This document shows positions 34,648 through 42,211 of a stretch of DNA of 64,000 nt, piece after piece. Where the stretch lies: assembly GCA_963796685.1 (NCBI GenBank), contig CAWCMR010000005.1, positions 320,001-384,000 of the forward strand, in the 5' to 3' direction. The position numbers and the translations under genes were made by a program. The DNA comes from an uncultured delta proteobacterium (lineage in GTDB: Bacteria > Myxococcota_A > Polyangia > Fen-1088). The notes under the pieces are model-generated. The model was not told the origin of the DNA and ran no database searches. It was given only the letters and a program-made list of their open reading frames with translations. Numbering within the stretch: the first letter of the stretch is position 1; the number at the start of each line of letters is the position of its first letter.

Positions 34648-34655
34648 GGTGATAC

Positions 34656-34711
34656 CACCTCGCCCCGCGCAGCGGGGAGAGGTCGCCGAGCGCAGCGAGG
34701 CGGGTGAGGGG
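34656..34711 (+). repeat. REP-like extragenic palindrome
   Basis: CACCTCGCCCCGCGCAGCGGGGAGAGGTCG...CGGGTGAGGGG between convergent genes; close copy at 56182-56237 on the minus strand. Confidence 0.8.
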
Positions 34712-34726
34712 CATCGGTCTGGTGCT

Positions 34727-37159
34727 CTAGAAGGGTTGGGTAACCCTGGCGCCCTGCCCCGCGTAGCCGCGGTCGACGGTGCGGTTGCGCCACCATAAGA
34801 GCGCCACGGGCAGCACGATGACGGCGGCGCCGAGGCAGAAAACCTCGCCCAGGATGGCCATGGCGCCGAAGCCGCGCAGGGCCTGGCTGTGCGCGGCCAG
34901 CAGCGAACCGTAGCCCACGATGGTGGTCCACGAACAGAGCACCACGGCCGCACCCGTGGTGGCCACCGCCGACGAGATCCGTCCCTCTTTGTCCAAGCGC
35001 CCCACCATGTTCAGTGCGTATTCGGCGCCGATCCCCAGCGTGATGGGGATGGCGATGAAGTTGAGGAAGGTGACCCGCACGCCCAGCAGGCCCGCCGTGC
35101 CGATCATCCACCCCACGCCCAGCACCACCGATGCCACCACCTTCAGCGCCGAGGTCGCCGGTCGAACGACCAGCAACACCAACACCACCAGCCCGGCAAA
35201 GGCGAGGCCGGTGGCCCGCGGACCATCTTTCAAGATCGACCGCAACATCGCGCCCAGAACCATGGGCTGGCCCGAGCTTTCGAGCGTCGAGCCGTCCGCG
35301 AGGTGAAGGCTCTGCAACACCCCCGCGATGCGCAGAAGCTCCTTGCCGTCCCACATGGTGATGTGCTCGTCGTGGTAGGCCAGCACCACGCGCCCGATGG
35401 TGCCATCGGTCTCGGTGAAGGGGTAGCGCACCAGCGCGGGTAAATCCCGAGGCTGGAGCAGGCGCAGATTCTCCGGCGGGCACAAGGCCTCGAGCTCGCG
35501 CCGCTGCGACGCCGGGAGCACGGCCATGGCCGGGTCGTGCAAGAGGTTGCGAATCTCGTCCAGCACCTCCAGCTTTTTCTGTTGCACGAGTTGGGTACCA
35601 GGCAGGACGTCGTAGATGGTGACCACGTGACCGATGCGCGGTCTGTCCTGGGCGTCCTGGCGACGGACGGCGGCGGGGATCAGCGGCACCTGCTCGATTC
35701 GATCGGCCAAGAGCGGCACGGGGCTGTACCAGTGCCCAAAGGTGCCGAGGAGATGGCCATCCGCCGCTTGCCGCTCCGCCGTGGCGCCGGTGTCGGCCCG
35801 CAGCCGGCGAAAATCGTACTCGAAGGGGTCGTGCAGGAAATGGCCGAAGCCGACGGCCGCCACCGCGCTCGCCAGCACCGCGCCGGCGCCCAGCAGCGCG
35901 AACCGGCGGGTAATGAAATCGCCGAGAAAGTGCAGCCCGAAGGGAGCGGTCGTGCGCAGCCCGAGCTTCGCGTCGAGCAAGCGCAACAGCGCGGGCAACA
36001 CCGAGAAGGCCGCCGACCAGCACAGCAGGCTTCCCACCGCGCCCATCAGGCCGAAGTGGGAGAACCCGCGGAAGCTGGTGAGCGCGAGCGAAGCATAGGC
36101 CACGGCGGCGGCCAGGGCGGCGACCAGGGTGCTCTTCCAGGTGGCGGCCACGGTGTGCCGCAGGCGAACGCCGACGGGCTCGGCCGACGCCCGCGACAGC
36201 TCCCGGAAACGGGCCAGAAAGACGATGCCGTGGTTGATGCCGTTGCCGAGGATGATCGAGCCCAGGAAAGCCGTCGACGAATTGAGGTACCCGGACACGA
36301 GCTTTTCGGTGGCGAAGGCCAGCACGGTGCCCAGGGCCGCGGGGAGCACCACGAGCGGGATGGCCCAAACCGATCGGAAGAAGAGCGCGATGGACAAGCC
36401 GATGACCAGCACGCAGATGGCGGTGACGACCACGACGTCCTGCTCCACCGCGCGGCGATTCTCGAGCGCGATCATCACCGGCCCCGTGGGGGTCACGCGC
36501 ATGTCGGGATGAAAAGCCTGCGGCGGATGGCTTGCCACGAAGGCCTCCACCGCCTGGACCAGCGGCTCGCCCGCGCGCTCCTGAAAGACGCCGCCCGAGT
36601 CCGAGGGCAGTGCGACGACCCAGGCGAAACCGTCCCGGGCAAAGGTCCCATCAGGGAAGCGCTCTTCGAGCGGGCTTGGGTGCCGCCGCTGTTTGAGCGC
36701 GTCGGTCAGCGAGGCCGGCTCGGCCTCGTCATCCAAATCGAGCGCCAACGGGTTTTTGCGGGTGAGGATCTTGGAGCGCAGGCGGTCTCGGCCTTCAACC
36801 AGATCGTCCAGCGACGTGTAGAGCCAGGCGTTGCGCTGGACGAAGTCGCGCACCTCGTTCATCTCGTACGCCGCCAGGGCGCACACCTGCGGCGGCAAGC
36901 TGCGTAGGTACTGGGTCAGCGCGGCGGCGAAGCGCAGGTTGGCAGCGCGGTCCGGGGACTTGATGGCCACCATCAGCGGGCCAAGCTCGTGCATGCGCTG
37001 GGCGTTCTTCTTCAGAACCACCACCGCCGGGTCGCTGTTCGGCAGAAGCTCGGCGAACGAGGTGCGAAGCTCCAGCCGGGAAGCCACGAGCGAAGCGCCC
37101 GCGCCGACCAACGTGGCGACCGAGAGAACCAACCACGAGCGTTCGAGCAAACGTGCCAT
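34727..37159 (-). CDS. MMPL/RND-superfamily membrane transporter
   Basis: Two-repeat TM layout; GSIILGNGINHGI, PITLGIGAEYA, WTTIVGYGSL. Confidence 0.85.
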   Translation of the reverse strand: MARLLERSWLVLSVATLVGAGASLVASRLELRTSFAELLPNSDPAVVVLKKNAQRMHELGPLMVAIKSPDRAANLRFAAALTQYLRSLPPQVCALAAYEMNEVRDFVQRNAWLYTSLDDLVEGRDRLRSKILTRKNPLALDLDDEAEPASLTDALKQRRHPSPLEERFPDGTFARDGFAWVVALPSDSGGVFQERAGEPLVQAVEAFVASHPPQAFHPDMRVTPTGPVMIALENRRAVEQDVVVVTAICVLVIGLSIALFFRSVWAIPLVVLPAALGTVLAFATEKLVSGYLNSSTAFLGSIILGNGINHGIVFLARFRELSRASAEPVGVRLRHTVAATWKSTLVAALAAAVAYASLALTSFRGFSHFGLMGAVGSLLCWSAAFSVLPALLRLLDAKLGLRTTAPFGLHFLGDFITRRFALLGAGAVLASAVAAVGFGHFLHDPFEYDFRRLRADTGATAERQAADGHLLGTFGHWYSPVPLLADRIEQVPLIPAAVRRQDAQDRPRIGHVVTIYDVLPGTQLVQQKKLEVLDEIRNLLHDPAMAVLPASQRRELEALCPPENLRLLQPRDLPALVRYPFTETDGTIGRVVLAYHDEHITMWDGKELLRIAGVLQSLHLADGSTLESSGQPMVLGAMLRSILKDGPRATGLAFAGLVVLVLLVVRPATSALKVVASVVLGVGWMIGTAGLLGVRVTFLNFIAIPITLGIGAEYALNMVGRLDKEGRISSAVATTGAAVVLCSWTTIVGYGSLLAAHSQALRGFGAMAILGEVFCLGAAVIVLPVALLWWRNRTVDRGYAGQGARVTQPF

Positions 37160-37171
37160 GGCCGTCCCTAG

Positions 37172-37187
37172 AGCAAACGCGATGCCA
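37172..37187 (-). promoter_or_regulatory. sigma54 promoter upstream of the MMPL gene (implies a nearly leaderless mRNA)
   Basis: TGGCAT-CGCGT-TTGCT, close to the -24/-12 consensus. Confidence 0.55.
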
Positions 37188-37432
37188 GCGTGGCGCGAGG
37201 GCTCTGCGCGATCCGTGGCGCGCGAATTCCGGCGCAAGAAGCAGGGCGCCGCCGGCCCCCGTCGTGCGCGGGTGGTGAAAATCCGGTGAAAAACCATCAG
37301 CGCTCGCACCGGGCGCCGCTTCGCCCTGCCACGTGCAAGTGTCCGGCGCCGTGCTAAGTAGAATCCGGCTTCGCTCCAAGGATTCGAAAGTCTCGCAAGG
37401 ATACGACAGCCAAGCGAAAGGAGAGTGATTTC

Positions 37433-38290
37433 ATGTCCCAGTTCCCGCAGCTCGCACTTCCCCTCGTTGCCGCGGCAACGGTGGTTCTTGTTTCCGCCAA
37501 TGCCTCCGCGCAATTGGAGCTTCCGCGCCCCAGCCCGGCAGCTAAAGTCTCGCAGGTCATCGGCCTGACCGAGATCACCGTCGACTACAGCAGCCCCGCG
37601 GTCAAGGGCCGTCCCATCTGGGGCGCGCTCGTGCCCTACAACCAGATGTGGCGCACCGGCGCCAACCAGGCCACCAAGATCACCTTCAGCCACGACGTCA
37701 CCTTCGGCGGCAAGCCGGTGCCGGCCGGGACGTATGCACTGTTCACCATCCCCACGAAGGGAGAATGGACGGTGATCCTGAACAAGAAGGCCGACCAATC
37801 CGGCACCGGGCGCGAGTACAAGGCCGACCTCGACCTGGTGCGCTTCCAGGTCCACGCCAAGCCGGCCCCGCACCGCGAGCGCATGGCCTTCCTGTTCTCG
37901 GACTTCACCGACGACAAGGGCACGCTCGACCTGGAATGGGACAAGTTGCGCGTCGCCATGCCCATCAAGGTCGACACCGAAGCCCAGGCGATGGCCAACA
38001 TCTCCAAGAGCATCGACGGCACGTGGCGGACCTACGCCAACGCCGCCCGCTACCTCGCCGAGACCAAGAAGGACTACGACACCGGGCTCAAGTACATCGA
38101 GCAATCGCTCAGCTTGAAAGTGGACTGGTTCAATCTGTGGATCAAGGCCACGCTCCTGGCCGACAAGGGCAAGACCAAGGACGCCATCACCGTGGGCGAG
38201 CAAGCCTACGAGCTCGGCCAGAAAGCCGACTTCTTCTTCCTCGAGCCCGAGATCAAGAAGACCCTGGCCGAGTGGAAGAAGAAGGGCTGA
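37433..38290 (+). CDS. DUF2911 family secreted protein with TPR-like tail
   Basis: PRPSP, VDYSSP.VKGR.IWG.LVPY..WRTGAN, AGTYALFTIP. Confidence 0.85.
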   Translation: MSQFPQLALPLVAAATVVLVSANASAQLELPRPSPAAKVSQVIGLTEITVDYSSPAVKGRPIWGALVPYNQMWRTGANQATKITFSHDVTFGGKPVPAGTYALFTIPTKGEWTVILNKKADQSGTGREYKADLDLVRFQVHAKPAPHRERMAFLFSDFTDDKGTLDLEWDKLRVAMPIKVDTEAQAMANISKSIDGTWRTYANAARYLAETKKDYDTGLKYIEQSLSLKVDWFNLWIKATLLADKGKTKDAITVGEQAYELGQKADFFFLEPEIKKTLAEWKKKG

Positions 38291-38351
38291 GCCCGTAGGC
38301 GACCGGCCGTCATAGCTTCCCAGATCTCCGCCATGGCGCCATACTGCAAGC

Positions 38352-38873
38352 ATGGCTTGCCACCCTGGGCGGCGAATCGTCGCCGGCCTCGTTCTTTGCG
38401 CCCTTGCCGGGTGCGCGACCACCGCCAACATTTCCCAGACCAACGGCCTGACGTACGAGGCGGACATTCTCGGCTCGGACGCGAATTCCCTGCGCGTGCG
38501 CGACAACTACGGCCGTGAGATCGTGGTCCCCGGCGGAGATGTGGCGGACATCGACCATCCCGGCAATGTGCTCCTCACCATCGGCGTGGTCCTGGTCGTC
38601 ATGTCCGCCCCGATGATCATCGGGGACCTCGCCCATCGGGACCAGTCTCAACAGAGCGAATGGTCGGGAATGGGGCTCGCAATGGGTATTCCGATGGCCG
38701 TCACCGGCCTTTCCCTCGGAATCCCCGCGTGGCTTCGCTACAGACACTCCAAGCGCGAGGCCAAGGCCTTTGAGGACGCGAACCCTATCCTCCCCATTCC
38801 TCGGCCCGCCATGTTCTCGCCCTATCCGTATCCCTATCCCCCGCCCTATCCGTATCCGCGCCCACAGTGGTGA
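38352..38873 (+). CDS. Hypothetical lipoprotein with TM hairpin and Pro/Tyr-rich tail
   Basis: Lipobox LAGC; DIDHPGN; PYPYPYPPPYPYP C-terminus. Confidence 0.65.
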   Translation: MACHPGRRIVAGLVLCALAGCATTANISQTNGLTYEADILGSDANSLRVRDNYGREIVVPGGDVADIDHPGNVLLTIGVVLVVMSAPMIIGDLAHRDQSQQSEWSGMGLAMGIPMAVTGLSLGIPAWLRYRHSKREAKAFEDANPILPIPRPAMFSPYPYPYPPPYPYPRPQW

Positions 38874-38967
38874 GCTGCGCAGCTGCGCACGTAGGGCCGA
38901 GCGAGATCCTTTTTGAGCTGAGCCGTCACCGAGACAGTTCCATCGAATCCCTCCAAACTAGGATCGC

Positions 38968-40302
38968 TTACATACCGTGTATCTGGCAGGGGTCGGTTGC
39001 ATGCTTGAGCGCGACCTCTCCAATAAGCTGTCGCGATTCTCCAGACGTGGTTGCTTCCGCAGCGGCACGAGCGGTGACGAGTAAGGTCTCCGCGCCGCTC
39101 GGCCAGATGAAATTCACCTGCCGCGGAAAGGATCGCTTTGCATCATCGTCGGCACGCAAAGCGCCACCTGCCCAAACGCAGCTGCCGCTATGACCGCCTT
39201 GACGATGAGGCGCGAAGAAGAGGCCAAGCTCGGACAAGGCGAGTCGCGCGTTGTTCGGCCCTAGCATCGTGCATCGAACCACGGCCACCGCGGGCGCCTT
39301 CAACACGACCGGCTCCGGATCCAGACCGAGCTGCGCCGTGATTTCCGTGAGGGTCTTCGTCTGCACATGCGTAGCCCCTGTGCCTAGGCCAGTCCACGTC
39401 GACAGCCGGAGTCGGACATCCCCGGGCGAGGTGATGCGGAGCTCGAACCGCCCTTCCAAATCCGTGTCCGCTCCACGGACATCGAGCAGCACGCGATCGA
39501 GTGCTGAAAAGGCGCTCGGCCTTACGGGCTCGACGGAGACCAGTGCAGCCAGCGGCGACCCGTCCGCGTCCACGACCCGACCGCGAACCTTCAGCAGAGG
39601 CCGGGCGACTCGCACGGTTACGGAATAGCGCTTACCCGCATGGGCTGTGATACTGCTGGTCCCAAAGCGAGGCACCTCACCACGGGTCGTGGAGAACAGC
39701 GTGACCTCTCCTTCAGGGACGCCATCCGGCCCGAACGAGATCTTACCCTGGTCGCTGGAGCAGCAAGCCTCATAGCGGGCTCGGATGGTCCCTGCTTTCT
39801 CGACGAACCAACCAAGCCCCGCGTTTGGAAGCGGCTTTCCCTCCGCGTCTACGACCGTCACGTCGACGATCGGCGCGGTTCGGAGAGTGATCGTCAGATT
39901 GGATGGGCTTCCTGGCAACCGCAGCGTCGCCGTGGGTACCATGAATGGTAGATACCCAGCGGACGTGAAGACAACATTGGCGCCGACCGAGCCCGGTGCC
40001 CCCGGCGCCCACGCCATTCGAAACGAACCAGACTGATCCGAGGCCGTGCTTGCGAGCTCGGTATCACAGGGGGTAAGCACGTTCTCGAGGACGACTGTCT
40101 TTCGTTCTTCTTCTGCGCAAAGAACGACCCTCACCCCTTCGATGGGAGCGCCGCTTTGAGCATCGAGGACAGCACCCTGGATGATCGGCGGGAAATCTCG
40201 GCCAGCACTCCGGGGCGTTGCACACCCGGCGAGACCTACTACCACGAGCAGACTCGCAGTTGCCCGTCGTCCCCAAAACCTATGCGCGCGCGGCTCAGTC
40301 AC
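38968..40302 (-). CDS. Carboxypeptidase-regulatory-like (beta-sandwich repeat) lipoprotein
   Basis: Lipobox LAGC; repeated G.V.DA.G.PL and TD..G.F units. Confidence 0.65.
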   Translation of the reverse strand: MTEPRAHRFWGRRATASLLVVVGLAGCATPRSAGRDFPPIIQGAVLDAQSGAPIEGVRVVLCAEEERKTVVLENVLTPCDTELASTASDQSGSFRMAWAPGAPGSVGANVVFTSAGYLPFMVPTATLRLPGSPSNLTITLRTAPIVDVTVVDAEGKPLPNAGLGWFVEKAGTIRARYEACCSSDQGKISFGPDGVPEGEVTLFSTTRGEVPRFGTSSITAHAGKRYSVTVRVARPLLKVRGRVVDADGSPLAALVSVEPVRPSAFSALDRVLLDVRGADTDLEGRFELRITSPGDVRLRLSTWTGLGTGATHVQTKTLTEITAQLGLDPEPVVLKAPAVAVVRCTMLGPNNARLALSELGLFFAPHRQGGHSGSCVWAGGALRADDDAKRSFPRQVNFIWPSGAETLLVTARAAAEATTSGESRQLIGEVALKHATDPCQIHGM

Positions 40303-40461
40303 TGCCTAGGTTGTCCATAGCATTCTCTCGCTCACTGGGTCAATAATGCGCGTGGCCGAACATGAACGGCTGATGCAGGCCATGGCTCACACGGGCTTCA
40401 GCGACGCCATCGGATCGGGTGTATCATCGCGGCGGACCCAGGCAGGCCCGTAGCGGGAGAG

Positions 40462-41466
40462 ATGGCTCGCAACGACCGCATAGTTCGTGTGGAAGCTCTC
40501 AAACAGGCATTGTGCGCCTCGCGGGTGGGCGTCCCGCTCAAAAGCCTCGCCGAGCGCCACCACTGGGATCTGCGCGGCCTGTACCGCGACATCGATGCGC
40601 TGGAGAGCGCGGGCTACGTCGTCGAACGAGACAACCACCGCTATCGCATCGTCGGCAACCCGCGCAGCACCGCCGGCGTCCCCGATGCCGACGAGCGCCT
40701 GGCCCTGTACCTGGCCCGCCAGAACGCCCGCGGCTGGAAAGAGACCTCGCTCGGCAAAGCCCTGGATCGCCTCTGGCACCGCGTGAGCTCCACCGGCGAC
40801 GGCCAAGCCGCCCTCTTGCCCATCGAATCCACGCCCTGGATCGCGACCCGCGAGCTGACCGGCCTCGACCTTGGCGCCCACCGGACCATCATCGCCACCC
40901 TGGAACGGGCCACCCGCGCACGACTGGCAGTCAACGTCCGCTACCTCGCCCTTTCGAGCGGCCAAGTTTCGAGCCGGGTGCTCGAACCCGGCGAGCTGTA
41001 CTGGGATCCTGGCCTCGAGACCCTCTACCTCATCGCCTGGTGCCGCCTGCGCAACGACGTACGCGTCTTCGCCGCCCACCGCTTCCTCGCCGTGGTGCTG
41101 ACCGACGAGCACTGCGCGCCCCGACCAGGAACCCGATCCCGCTCCGCCCTGCGCAGCGCCTTTCGCGTGTGGCGAAGCGAGCACGTGGAAAAAGTCCGCA
41201 TCTGGTTCTCGCCCGAGGTGGCCGACGAGATCGGCGAACGAACCTGGCTGGCCGATCAGAAGCTGGAAAAGGGCAGCAGCGGCACGATCCTGAGCGGCGA
41301 AGTCGCCGGACTCGCCGAAGTGGAGCGATGGATCCTCGGCTACGGCCCGGCCGCAAAGGTCCTGGCGCCGAAGGCCCTGGCGAAGACGGTGGCCGAGAAG
41401 CTGCGCGCGGGGGCGGCAGGGTACGCGAAAGATGCGCTGACGGAGCAAGAAAGGGAGCGGAGGTAG
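40462..41466 (+). CDS. HTH-WYL-WCX transcriptional regulator (PafB/C-like) upstream of the cas genes
   Basis: wHTH LYRDIDALE..G; WYL-region LYLIAWCRLRNDVRVFAAHR; C-terminal WILGYG..AKVLAP. Confidence 0.88.
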   Translation: MARNDRIVRVEALKQALCASRVGVPLKSLAERHHWDLRGLYRDIDALESAGYVVERDNHRYRIVGNPRSTAGVPDADERLALYLARQNARGWKETSLGKALDRLWHRVSSTGDGQAALLPIESTPWIATRELTGLDLGAHRTIIATLERATRARLAVNVRYLALSSGQVSSRVLEPGELYWDPGLETLYLIAWCRLRNDVRVFAAHRFLAVVLTDEHCAPRPGTRSRSALRSAFRVWRSEHVEKVRIWFSPEVADEIGERTWLADQKLEKGSSGTILSGEVAGLAEVERWILGYGPAAKVLAPKALAKTVAEKLRAGAAGYAKDALTEQERERR

Positions 41467-41665
41467 TGAAACAGCCTGTTTCACGGTTGAACGTCGAGGC
41501 CGCCATCGCGAATTTGGCCACCGGCGGTGGCCAAATTCGCGAGACCCGCATGAAGGAATTTTCTCCGAGAAACCCGAAATGCCCGCGTTCATGCCAAGAG
41601 CAAGACGTCAACGCCGCGCAGTCAGGCTCCCGGTCACGAGCCGCCCGCGAGCAAGCTCGTGACCG
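41466..41665. repeat. Three perfect inverted repeats downstream of the WYL gene
   Basis: GTGAAACAG-C-CTGTTTCAC (41466-41484); TCGCGAATTTGGCCACCG-G-CGGTGGCCAAATTCGCGA (41506-41542); CGGTCACGAGC-N13-GCTCGTGACCG (41631-41665). Confidence 0.85.
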
Positions 41666-41677
41666 CAGTTTGGAGCT

Positions 41678-41962
41678 TCACAGGGCCACGGCCTCGGCCA
41701 AGATGCGACTGCGAAGATGCGGGCTGAGCCCATCGTCCGTCACCACGTCCACGGCGCGTCCCAGTATCCCCACGAGATCCTGCTCGATCCCGATGAGATC
41801 CAGGAGCGTGCGTCCCGGTTCCATATCTACGAGCAAGTCGACATCGCTCGCGTTCTTCGCTTGGCCACGCGCCATCGACCCGAAAAGGCGCGGATTTCTC
41901 CCCCCATGCCGGGCAACGACAGCCAAGACCTCGGCGCGCTTGCTAAGGAGAACCTCGTCCAT
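41678..41962 (-). CDS. Minimal nucleotidyltransferase (MNT/MntA-like), no HEPN partner seen
   Basis: LFGSMARG...SDVDLLVD...LGRAVDVV. Confidence 0.88.
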   Translation of the reverse strand: MDEVLLSKRAEVLAVVARHGGRNPRLFGSMARGQAKNASDVDLLVDMEPGRTLLDLIGIEQDLVGILGRAVDVVTDDGLSPHLRSRILAEAVAL

Positions 41963-42033
41963 GACGCCAATTCTAGCACCTGAAGAAGGCCGAGGATCGA
42001 AGCCGAGCTGCGTGGCGAATCTTGGACCAGTAG

Positions 42034-42059
42034 TGACAAAGAGGTGGCGTAGGGTGGTG
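42034..42059 (+). promoter_or_regulatory. Putative cas-operon promoter/operator motif, copy 1
   Basis: TGACAAA-N7-CGTA-N3-TGGTG; same motif at 57724-57749. Confidence 0.6.
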
Positions 42060-42082
42060 ACGACGTTGAACGGAGGACTCAG

Positions 42083-42211
42083 GTGAGCTTCGAAGGACTA
42101 TTCAGAAAATCGACAGGATTCGATCTAGTTGGGCACCGGGGGCGCCTAGCCGATCCGGCCCGCGGCCCGGCTGTTGTCCCTGTGGTGACTGGAGGATGCG
42201 ATGGCCGATAG
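42083..42211 (+). pseudogene. 42-codon ORF resembling a decayed Cas3 N-terminus
   Basis: GGAGG RBS and GTG start; SFEGLFRKSTGF...RLA...PAVVPVVTG parallels SFTEFFSVATRGF...RLVA...PEVLPVPTG of the intact cas3. Confidence 0.55.

Noticed and set aside
37160-38506. 1259-aa ORF suggesting a giant MMPL fusion
   Set aside because: The 5' extension is the antisense shadow of the DUF2911 gene; the likely start is 37159, just after a sigma54-like promoter.
38818-38860. CTATCCG units resembling the start of the CRISPR repeat
   Set aside because: They encode the PYPYP tail of a lipoprotein; there is no hairpin or ATTGAAGC end.
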